From: Auanema rhodensis
Lineage: Eukaryota; Animalia; Nematoda
Length of the DNA: 64,000 bases
Direction: 5' to 3'
Assembly: GCA_964057225.1 (NCBI GenBank)
Contig: OZ059899.1
Coordinates: 5,332,001-5,396,000 of the forward strand
The translations under genes were made by a program, and so were the position numbers. Below are positions 13,086 to 25,307 of the stretch, piece after piece; positions within the stretch are counted from its first letter, which is position 1; each line of letters begins with the position of its first letter. The notes beneath the pieces were generated by a model. That model saw nothing but the letters and a program-made list of their open reading frames with translations, did no database searches and had not been told where the DNA came from.

Positions 13086-14415
13086 ATGTCATCAGATGTT
13101 GGATATCAGTTATCAGCATTTGAATCACTTATATCAGCTTTAGCTTTCTATTCTATTGTATTTGCTTTAGCTGAGATTTCACGGTTAGAGAAATTTGAAA
13201 ATATTTTATTGCCAAAAAAAAAATTTTTTTTCTAAACCAAATGTTTCATGAAAAATAAAAATATTTTTTAAAGCCAAATAAATATTTTAAATAGAAAATT
13301 AAATATTATACAAAAGATATTTTAAAATATTCGCATAATGAAATTGTATTTTAGTCGTTCATTGGATAAACTTGTCTCCAAAACTTCATCAACATATCAA
13401 TTTTTCATTGAAGTAATTGGTACTGCAACTATATGTACATGTGTCTTTGAAAATGGTATATTTCATAATAATTATATATATTTTATTTATTTTAAATTAA
13501 AGGTGTAATTATTGTTAATTATGGTATTGGAGCATTTTTCATTGTTTCTACTGTATTAGGATTTCTTTTTGGTTTATTAGGACGTGGAGCATATGGAAAT
13601 CCTATGGCTCCAATTGAGCAATATCTTTATGGTGAAATGAAGTAAGTACAAATCTCTTTCCCTCTCTTATGTATATTACTTGATTGAAGAGGTAGTAGAC
13701 TCTCGTTGATTGTTGTTGCTCAAATGGTAGGTGCATTCTTCTCCTGGAGAATAACTACTGAGTTGTGGCGTTATTCACTTCCATATGCTGCAAGTCATGA
13801 AATGTTTTATCTTAATAGCTTCCAACAATGTCAAATAACTTATCATGTAAGATTATATATATATATATATATAATATAATATTTATTCAAAATTATAATT
13901 TAGCAACCACATTTGATCATGATTGCATTTGAAATCATAGGAACATTCATAATGCGTATGGTTTTCCCACGTATTGCTGCTTGGTCTTGGGCTATTCCAG
14001 CATTCATTTCCGCTATTTTCTCTTTCGGTATTGACTTTGTTTCTTCAAATTTTTAAAATTAAACATATTTTTCAACTTATTTGTTCATTTTTCAGCAATC
14101 GCATATATGGGTGATGCAGGATTAGATCCCGTCGTTTCTTCAACTTTATTCTTTGGATGTGGTGGAATATCGCAGCAAGTCTTTATGTTCCAATATTGGG
14201 TAAGTATATATATATATAATATTTATGAAAATATAATATTTTATTATAATTATGAAAAATAATTTTTCTTTAAGCTTTGCCCAATTATTGGATGGTTATT
14301 AGCCGCCTATTTTGATCGTTTGAAGTCATTGAAGCCCAAGAAAGAGAAGAAAACCAAATCAAAGAAAGCAAAAGAAATCTCCAGTAAAAATGGGAAAAAG
14401 CTGAAACAGCAGTAA
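13086..14415 (+). CDS. aqp-11: Unorthodox (AQP11/12-type) aquaporin, aqp-11-like; 7 exons
   Basis: Spliced protein MSSDVGYQLSAFESLISALAFYSIVFALAEISR...FIEVIGTATICTCVFENG...GRGAYGNPMAPIEQYLYG...AQMVGA...FEIIGTFIMR...GLDPVVSSTLFFGC...QYWLCPIIGWLLAAYFD...KKLKQQ*. It has six hydrophobic helices and divergent NPA boxes (NPM 13598-13606, DPV 14125-14133). The family call is strong; the paralog assignment is from memory. Confidence 0.85.
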
Positions 14416-14596
14416 TATTCTATTTTCTTTTCATTTATTGTTTATAATGTTGATAATCAAAGCAACTTAAAAACGGATTATATTAGCTATTTATAAATGT
14501 TTTTGTTATAAGATTTGAGGCACATTTTCACTTTAACTATAATTAATAAAAATGTTTCTTTTTTTATATAATTTATATATTATATACTATATGTAT

Positions 14597-14629
<33 letters not shown>

Positions 14630-16001
14630 AAGAGACAATTGGGAAAAAATAAAATCCACTTTCTATTTCTTGAAAATAGAAGAATCAAAGATTTTCATCA
14701 GAAATGTTTTTTACATTCTCTGTGTTTCATATAGTTTTCTTCTTTTTTTTCAAAGGACATTGTTTTAAAATTAAAAATAAATCCCAAGATAGATATTCTT
14801 CAGCCATCACCTTTGTACTTAATCTCTGATAGATGTATACTTTTCCAGCTGATTTCTCAATAGTTTCTCATTTATATCTTTTGCTCTCCTATTTGTTTCA
14901 CTGTTCTCATCTTTTTTCTAGTTCAATCTGTGAGATTCATGAGCCAGTGGACCAATAGCCTACATCTCGAGGGAGGCATTGGAGTTCTCGATCCTAAAGC
15001 CTTAACAGACACATCCATCTTGACTTATTTCAATACAGAAGATATATTGGTAGACGTATGTGAAATGAAGTTTTCTAAATTTAGATAACCTTGTGACTCT
15101 ATATCTTCTCATCTTCTCGCGATCTCTCTCAGTTTTTATGCTAAAACTAAATATTTCTAAATGTTTCTTAAACTTTTATAAACTTCTTTTCCTTTATTTT
15201 CATATTTTTAAGAATATCTTCAGTTAACGATCATGATCATTTGAATTTTTTTATTTTTATGAACAACTGATGTATCATTTCTACCTTCTCCTCCTCACTC
15301 TTTCAGCTTTAAAGTTCTTTCTTCTCCAGAAAACTTTCGCTTATGCTATCCATTTGCAGCATGAAAATCATCAACTTCTTCCAACTGCTTCACTCAGTCT
15401 TTTTTTTATTTTTATATAGAAACACACATATATATATAAATATGAATATATAGTTATATATATACTATGCACTACGTACATATGTATATCTAACTATTCA
15501 TATCATTACATTTTCTATTTCTTATATTTTTCTCTCAACTCACTCCAATTTTTCCTTTATCTTCATGTTGTATTTCATCCTTTTTCTTCCTTTTTTTTTG
15601 AATTTCATTGTATTTCAGGTCTTGCTGTATGTTACTACATACATATCTTAGGAATAACAGATTTTTGCAACAACCAATCCTTGTCTGTGCATTTGGTTTC
15701 TGCCTCTCATCATCATTGCATCATCATTCTCTTTTCTCTTCTTTTTTTCTTTTTTTTTTTAGTTTCGTTGTCGTAAAAACGAGCACAACACAACACAACA
15801 CAAATCATTCATATTATCAAATCCTGAAATGCATATACACGTCTAATAGCTCTTCTGTCATCCTATCGTTGAACGAAATAGAATTTAAACAAGAAGATGA
15901 ATAAGTCTACTACTTTACTAGGACAAGCAAAGAAAAACAAAAATATAAATGAAAGAAAGTTATAGCAGTTGTAGTTACATGACCTCCTCTTCTCTATACC
16001 T

Positions 16002-16047
<46 letters not shown>

Positions 16048-17275
16048 ATGATGGAGGATATTAATCATATTAAAAGAAATAAAGAGACATGAGTTTTCTA
16101 TATATCTTTATCAAGAATTTTAATAAAAACAAACTCAATGATCAATTTTGATATAAAAAGGTTCAAAAGAACAAATTATCGTTAGTTAATATATAAAAAC
16201 TTAATAATATACTCAAATCATTCCGTTATTCATATTATATGTTCATGGTATAGTTAAAACACAAAAATATTGAATTGTTATCAATATTTTTATTTTCTTC
16301 AAACAAATGTTTCAACTTCCTGGATGATAAAAAACTTTTCTCCACCTTAATCATTAAGATTTGAACTCATTTCGACTTTTCATGTGCTCTTTTTCAATTC
16401 TTCTCTTTCATTTCCCTTAGTTATAACTATTCTTCTTTCATTTTCTTGTTCGTATGTTCTTAAATTTTATTATTTTTCTTCTATAACATTGAAAAGAAAA
16501 AATAAAATAAATGATTTGAACATTCAGTTGTATAAGTTGATTGACCTTACATAAGCCACATAAATCCTGCTGTTTCTATTTGAACTCTCTCTCTCCTTTG
16601 ATATATCGTAATTCACATAAAGATTTCCAAAGGACTTATCTTATAACTTTACAATAAAAATTTTATTTTTCTCTTTGAAGTTTTTGTTTTTCATTTATTG
16701 AATGTTGATAACCGATTACCCTAGAGATCAGTACATCAGTTGCAGCTCAATGTTCAAAGTTTGAAAATTGAGTTAATTTCTAATCTTAAATTATTTTTTT
16801 TTCTTTCATATATTTATATATATATAAATATAATTTAATTAATTGAAATATATGTAACTAAACCTCTATCTATACAATTTGTATTTGAAATATATAGTTC
16901 GCTACCTTAAATTACGTACTTCTTAATTATTTTATCACAAATAGCATATTATCAAATTATATATTCTGAGAATTCATAGTATTTCCTATATTTCAAAAAT
17001 AATTTTAGAATTTTCATTGTCTTATCCATTAATAGCAATGATCAACTTGCTTGCAGCATAAAGTGGTCAGCGTAGGCACACAATAGCCTCTGCAAGCTGT
17101 TAATCTCAAACATCAAAAAACAAACCAAAAACGGACGAAATTCCTTTATTTAATAATTTTAAATAAAAATATAAAAATAGAAGAAGATTTATATATAAAT
17201 ATATTTAAATTGATATATGATTTTCTTTTTCATTAATTTCTATTTGTAATCTCTTAGTCTATTCATACTTTTTAT

Positions 17276-17278
<3 letters not shown>

Positions 17279-17342
<64 letters not shown>

Positions 17343-17348
17343 CTCTCT
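17279..17348. repeat. (TC)n microsatellite
   Basis: ~70 bp near-perfect TC run. Confidence 0.95.
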
Positions 17349-17950
17349 ATTATTTCATGTATTCTTTAGTAAAACCTTTTGAACTTTATATTTTTGTATA
17401 TCTCTTGTTATACATGATTATTATTATTATATATTTTTAGTTATACTAAATTATTTATTTTTAACTTATCTATTCAGCACTTTTGATAAGAACATCTTTT
17501 TATAATTTTCTTAATTTCTAATCTAATTATAAAGTTTATAATATAAAACTTTCTTTCTTTGCTCTCAGTTACAACTTTACGGATATCAATCTTTTCTTTT
17601 TCTTTTCTTTTTTTTATATTTGACCGGATATATGTACATGTTCTTTGCTTATTTGAGAAATGTAAATTCAATCATCGTTTTCTGTTCAATCAAAGATTAT
17701 TCTTCTTGAATGTCTAGTCCCATTGCTCCATCAATCAACAACATTGTAAACTGAAAATAACATGAATTAACTATAAATACATTAATATGGTGATTACTGT
17801 ATAATTTAACTTTATATTTATTCATATTTCAAATATTTTTTTATGAAAAAACTCAATCACTAAACAGATAATTTGATTCAAAAACTGATACATGAGCTTT
17901 TGCGTACAACTGTTCTGTGCATCTCTATCTCTCTTTTAACTTTTTCGGTG

Positions 17951-17952
<2 letters not shown>

Positions 17953-18016
<64 letters not shown>
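17953..18016. repeat. (TC)n microsatellite
   Basis: 64 bp perfect TC run. Confidence 0.95.
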
Positions 18017-18021
<5 letters not shown>

Positions 18022-20275
18022 TTAAATATAATGTATTTTTATCTTGTTTTATATTAGATCTCATTGAATGATACATTATCTATACAAGAGTAAAGAAAAG
18101 GAAAATGTTCATTGACGAAAGAGTAGCCAAGAGTGTTAGCCATTTCGGTTAGTTTCCATTTACTTTCCCCCGGGATATTATATCTTCAATATATTTCCAT
18201 TTATGTAAAAGTTACTTTCATTGTATCAATTTGGATGATGATGCTATTACAAGCTGTAAGATCTATCTCTTTCCTATATTTCAAATCATCTACAGCAATA
18301 AACCTTGATGAATATTTGGTATATGTATGTTTCATCTATAATATCTTTATACTGTTTGAGATACTAAGATTACAAGATATTCCATACGAATCTTAATCCT
18401 TGTTGTTTTATATTTGTTTTTGTGTTGATGTTCATCATGTTCATTCATTTTCTTGGTTTGTTTAATATAAAATTATTTGATCAACATATGTATCCATATG
18501 TATATATGTATGCTCTGTTCAGTTTTTTTTTCATTTAGTATTTTATTTCCTTGATTTATTGGAAAAAAAAGAAGTTTTTGCGCGATTTATTCACACAGTA
18601 TCTGAACATTTGATCATTTTTTATAATATTATTCAGTCATTTTGATTGTATTAAGGCATATACATGTAATTGCCTTATATTCTCTTACTATTTCAAATGA
18701 TTTATGATCAAAAGAGATTAAGTTAGAAAGAGAGAAAATGAAAAAAAAAAGAACAGAAGATGAAAAATAATTTAAACTCTAAAGATATTTTCTTTTAAAA
18801 ATTGTCGTTTTTGCAAATTATAATTGATTTTCAAGAGAATTTAATAAGAAAAAAAATTGTATTGTATGATCAAACATCAATTACAATCTGAATATATTTT
18901 CATTTTTCTAATTATATAGTAAAATAAAATAATAATTATAAATTTATATAGTTAAGTTATCTATATATATATATATACATATGTATATAGATATATATTA
19001 TTTTTTATTATATTTAAACTATAAATATCTCAAAAGATTCTTAAATACATATAATTAAAAGATATGAAACCTCTTTTTTAATTTTCAAATATATACATAT
19101 GTTATATATCATATATAAACTTCAAAATTATTTATTTTTATATAAAATTTCAGAAAAAAAACATTTTTTTTTGTTAAAAATTTGTGGATGACCACTGCCA
19201 ATATTCATGAGATGGTTTTCGGAGAGAAATAGCTGCTTGGATAACGCTAACAGAATGATAGAAAGAAAGAGAGAGAGAGAGAGAGTGAAAGAGAAAGAGA
19301 GATAGAGAAACTAAGAGAGAGAGCTCGACATGAAAAAAAGATTTAAGGAAGCTTTCGTGATGAGTAAAGCTACCACTTAACACTTTATATCCTTACTTAA
19401 CTCAAGATATTTCAAGTTAAACTATGTTATCTCAGATTATATTCAAAATTGTAATTCCCTTTAACCTATTTATGCCAATGATTATATATTTTTGAGAAAA
19501 AAAAGTTTTTTTTTTCTATTAGAAAAAGATAATTTTAGTTTTGTTTTCAAATTTTTAGAAAAGAAAAAAATTGAAAGTGTACTTCGTTTCATCATCAAAC
19601 GCTTCATCTTTCTTACTTTTCTTTGTAATTTATGCAGAAAGAAATTCTAGTTAACTTAGATAAAAAGAAATAAATGTGGACCTCCCATATATTATTTTCT
19701 CTCTCTCTCTTTCTCTCTCGTTGCTTCTCCTCTTTCCTGTTGTATGACCATCACTCTATCATTTGATCTTCATCTCATTCTCTCCATATTTCATTCAATC
19801 CTTCTTTTTGTCGTTTTCTATTCATCTATGTTAATGAAATTATCCATTTTGAAAACTGTAACAATGGATTACTATCTCTTTTCCCTTCAATTTCTTTTGA
19901 AAATGAATTTTTTATTGTATTAGATGTTAATTTGCTCTTCATTTATGCGATCAAATATTGTTATTACTCTTATTAATTCTTTAAAACATTTTTTTTACAG
20001 AAAATGTCATATTTCCGGTATAATCGTTAATATTTGGCATATCTTCCAGTTCATTTGAAGAGCAACAACATCAAGTTCAAAGACTGACTAGAGTTGGAGA
20101 AAATGAGAGAGAAATAGGAAAAAGGAGACATGGACCGAGCAAGATAGAAAAGATGGAGCAAAGAGAGAGAAAAAGAGAAAAAGGATAAAAGTTCACAGCA
20201 GATACCAACATAGTACCCTCATCTTAGTTTTATTAAAATTCGATTTTTTTTAATTTTCACAAAAGTCTTTTTTCT

Positions 20276-20355
<80 letters not shown>
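20276..20355. repeat. Compound (TC)n/(TCTA)n microsatellite
   Basis: Interrupted TC run. Confidence 0.9.
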
Positions 20356-23300
20356 TAAAATCCTATTAATCTTTCTCTCTAGCTATCTTTAACTATATAG
20401 TATAGCATTCTTAATGAATTATATACTCTCTGAAGTGAAAGAAGCATCATAAACTAAATGAAGTTAGTTATTATTAGCATTTTACTGCAAAAGTTCAAAT
20501 GAAAACATTTTTTTTTAATTTGTACTAATAAAAGATTCTGCAAAATAACCTAAACATATAAATTTATTTTATATTAACTATTTATAAATAGAATTTCTGT
20601 TTTTCTTTCTCTTTATCTTTCTTTATCATAATCATATTCTTAACTCTTATAATGTATATATACATATATATATATATCTATATGAATACCTTAATATCGT
20701 TTTTCTATAATATTTTTATTTTATAAAAAACAGAATATTGAGCATAATCAGGAAATCGTAAACCTTGCTATGTCGCTATGACATCACTGTTCTTTCTATT
20801 CAGCTTTGTAGTTGAATTCGGTGTGGGAGTCACCGATTTCCTGAACCCTTTAGGACATCAACCAATATAATTTCAATCTGAACAAAATTTTCAATTTCTC
20901 TCCTTTTCTCTCTCTTTCTCTATATTTCTCTTGCTAACTCTTTTTTGTTTCGGTAAGCTTCTCAAATACCTCGTTTACCTGTTACTCAGATATTTCCTAA
21001 TATTTCTGTGTGCAATCATTCGTATATTAGTAAGATCAAAACATCAAAACATCTAACTATATGTATATTATACATATAAGAAATAAGATCAGTTTCATTT
21101 GAATAAATTTTTTATTCAAAAAAATTATTTCCTTGGTCTTTTTTTTTTAATTTTTTGATGCAAAAAGACAAAAAAAAGATTTCAAATTATTATGTTATTG
21201 CGTTTTTGAAAAAAAAAGAAAACTTTTATACATTGAATATCCATCTTCATGTTCTTCTACTTACACCAACTTGAATATCCGTTCCTCCAATCCAAATGAC
21301 CATTCATCAAACTTTTTTTTTCCAAAGATTTTGCTTGTTTCACCTAATTCAATCATCCTTTTTTTTCTTACATTTCAACATTTTATTCGTCGAATACATA
21401 CATTCATATGTATATTCTATGTATTCTTTTTACATTTTTTTTAAAATTTAAATTAACTTTTTAAATTGTTTTAAAATGAAAATATTTTTAATAATCAAAT
21501 AATGTTACATAGAATATATGAGATCAAAATTTGTCTCATTTCGTTTTTGAATTAATTTAAGATAAAATGAAAAAATAATAAATTTTTAAGTCCAAAATTC
21601 TGAAATTGATCTGAATATATATATATATATATAAGAACATGCTTGTGTACATGTGTCTTTCCTCAACTCTAATTCAACCACCTGCTTCCTAATATAGCTG
21701 AATTAATCTGAGACTTTTGAAATGCAAGTCCAATAGTTGAGAATTCTAGACGACGTTTTTTATCGGCTTCTCCTGTCAACTCGTCTGTCGTTTTCAAATA
21801 AAACTAAATGAAGTAACCTTCAATATTAATCTTCGACTTTTTCCTAGTTTATGGTCAAAAGCTTTATCCGTATCTAGTTTTATTATCTATATATTTCCTT
21901 TTGTACTTCTTATTCCTATACTCTCTCGTCAGCTCTTTTCTTAAAAATCATTTTCTCCAAATTGTTTTTTTCTTTTTTTATTTCTTCTTATAATGGAGGA
22001 ATTACTTTAACTAATCTTCCCGATTTTCCATAAACGATGGACTCTTCTGATCTCCTCCACCACGTCTTGCCACAAACTTTGCCAACTTTACTTCATTTCA
22101 TGATTATTTCATGAGAAAAAAAAGAATTTGTTTTACCACAAAATACAAATACATTTTCAATTTGTCAAGCTGTAACAGCTTCATACTCAATTCTATTTTG
22201 TATTTTCTTTCCAAAGAATTTAATTGAAACAACAATAATAATAACAGTTGATAATAAATTTATTTTGTTAAAGATAAAACTAGAGAAAAAACGATTTTTT
22301 TCTTTTATTTTTTAATATTTGATTTATGTAAAAATTATATGAAATATGTATTTTTGATGACGTTTACTATAAAGTTCTCAAATTTTGCTCAATTGGCAAA
22401 AAAAATGATTTTCTTTTTCAATTATTCATACGAATTTTGATTTTACATAGATTCTTCGTTTTTTTTATGTCTTTCAACTTTTAAATCGTTTTCTCCCTAC
22501 TTCAAACAATCTCTCTTGCTCCCACCTCACCCTCTTCTCCTCCCCATCTTTTTTTTCTTTTTCTCTCATAGTTTATCTCTTTCAAGTCTATTAAATACAA
22601 TGCTTTCAGGATAATTGGTATCGAAATTTTTTTTTTCAAAGTAAGAGACTATCAGGTTTTTTTCCTAAATTGAAACTCTTTAATCTATTCATGTACATAT
22701 AAATTTCTTTTGATTTATATGAAGATTTCTAAATAATTTATATAAATACTTAAACTAAAACAATATTATATTTAATTATAAAAACTGTATATACAGTATT
22801 CATAATTAAATATATTAAAATAATCATAAAAATCAATTATAATTCATATAAAATATTATTTGAAAAAGAAAAAAAAAAACTTTAATTAAGTTTTGTTTTT
22901 TATGTGAAATTGCTTATGTTTATCATAATATAATCATAGTAAATATGTATACATAAGATACATATAGTAATACGTTTATCATATATAAAACATTTTGAAT
23001 ATTTCCTTTATTCTTTATTTCCTAAAAATGAAAATACATAGATATGTATGTATATACATCTTGTTTTCTTATATATTTATTTATTACTATATAACTTTTT
23101 TTTTGCTATATAACATAAGTTATCTTGATTTCGAGCAGTATATCGAATTGCCTTACACTTCAAGTTTTTGAATAACCTTAGAAAATCCAAGTCATATGAT
23201 GTTACGCTAAGCTTAGCAAGCACTTTAGCCATTTCTAAACTTCATCCGAATTCATCTCACATGAATAACGACAATACCAGAACAACGAATGATGACAAGT

Positions 23301-24614
23301 ATATCTTTTCAGCTCAAAATAGCGATTTTTCGACAAAAAAAATTAAAATTTGCGGATGAATGGATGATAAGTGAACAAAGAGGTGTAAATAAGGTTGAAA
23401 ACTTGGGCTAATTAAGCTCTTCTTTGCAGAAATAACAGATCAAAATGATGTTATTTGGATGTGTGTCAAATAATTTTTAATATATAATTCAATATTTTAT
23501 TCATTATGAATATTTTATTTTGAATATTATAATTTAAATATAATAAACTAACCATTTATATATATGTATATATATATATCTATATATATTTATATATAAT
23601 TTAATATTTTTATATAACTTTACAGTGATTTTGAATGAAAAATTCTTGTAAATATTGCTTGAAAGTTACGAAAAACATAGAATATGATGATGATGATGAT
23701 GATTGATAAATGAGAAACATTTATCATACAGATTCAAACACAATACTAATCGTCTTCTTTCTTTTGGTCGAAAAAAATATTTGTAAATATTCCAAAAATA
23801 TACTTTTTTTTCTGTTTCATATTTTATGGTATTTTCTAAAAACAAAAATCAGTTGTTGTTGTTGTTGTTATTTTTTATTTCTTTTGTTTTGTCTTTATAT
23901 TGTATATTATATTATATACAGTAGTTTATGAATAGTTTTTCGTTAAATAATAATCTAAAACGTATAAATAGTTAAAGATAAATTAAAATATATGAGATGA
24001 AACAAGTTTTCATATAAATAATATTATTATTTTAATATTTATAATTAAATTATCATCATATGATTCATTATATATTTATAATAATAATAATTATTATTAT
24101 TATTATTATAATAAAATAAAATTTATGAAAAAAACTACAAATTTCCATATGTTTCCTTCAAATATTTAAAAGAGATCATTTAGAAGATCAAAGTTATTTG
24201 AATTTTGATGAATATGTGTAGGAGAAAGAAAATCAGTTACAACAAGAAAACATTTTTTTTTTGTTTCTGTTATATGTTATTAAGTTCTGATAAAACTTGA
24301 TTAATAAAATAAGAAAGATAAAAGAATTATAAAGAAATATGAATGTATATCATGTTCATTTAAGATATTAGATGCTACTTATCAGAATACGAAACAGTTG
24401 TTCTATAGTGATTTTGATTTTTTGGATGTTCAGAAGTAAGATAAGCCAACAACATGATATATAAGTCAGCTCGTTATATGAGATGACTGACGATGCTTCA
24501 CGAACAGCTGGATGATTTAGTCTTGTATGAGTAGGATAAACTTGACGATTTATGTTTGTGTGTATGTTCTATTTTCGGTTACCTCCAAGAAGCAATGACG
24601 TAAAAAACTAAAGA

Positions 24615-24621
<7 letters not shown>

Positions 24622-24660
<39 letters not shown>
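24622..24660. repeat. (AG)n microsatellite
   Basis: Perfect AG run. Confidence 0.95.
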
Positions 24661-24664
<4 letters not shown>

Positions 24665-25265
24665 GTAAAATACATTCTTATATGCTTATAACTTTTATTT
24701 CTTGTAATAGTTTACCGAGCAATGAAAAATTATAATATGTTGATCAAAAAGAATACAAGTATATCAAGTAAACTTTCTTTTTTTCTTCCAGAAAAACTTT
24801 TTTCTGCAAAAAAACATCAAAAATGACAAAATATCTGAATAACTAACTGATTTTATCAAACCTTTTCTGGTTCTTCTTGATCTTAAACCTAAAAAAAATT
24901 CTTTTTCAAGTTTGTTCGTAACAAAACTTAAATTTTTTTTAAAAACTATGTTATATAAGATATATGTACATACATACTTATGTATATTGATCAATGCTTG
25001 TTTTTGAAACAAAAAAATGAAATCAAGACAACCGAAAAGGTTCTAGAATGAAGCCAATTTTCATTTCAAAAATTCTAAAGTACAGCTTGTTTTCAATAGC
25101 CAAAAGAATGTTTGATCCTCTAGTAGATTTTGATTATTCTGAAATGAATATTAGCTACTTGTCGTCAAGCAAAACGTCGTCGATGATGTCTTCTGTTTCT
25201 TTTCTTCATTGTTATCGTAATTTCATTCGAAAGATTTGTTGTATCAGTCATTTTACCTCTTTCTT

Positions 25266-25307
<42 letters not shown>

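Noticed and set aside
13689-13698. GAGGTAGTAG matching let-7 nucleotides 2-11
   Set aside because: It lies at an aquaporin exon start, has no precursor hairpin and diverges afterwards.
20085-20100. TGACTAGAG, miR-44/279-like seed
   Set aside because: The seed region is unpaired in the possible fold; no convincing precursor.
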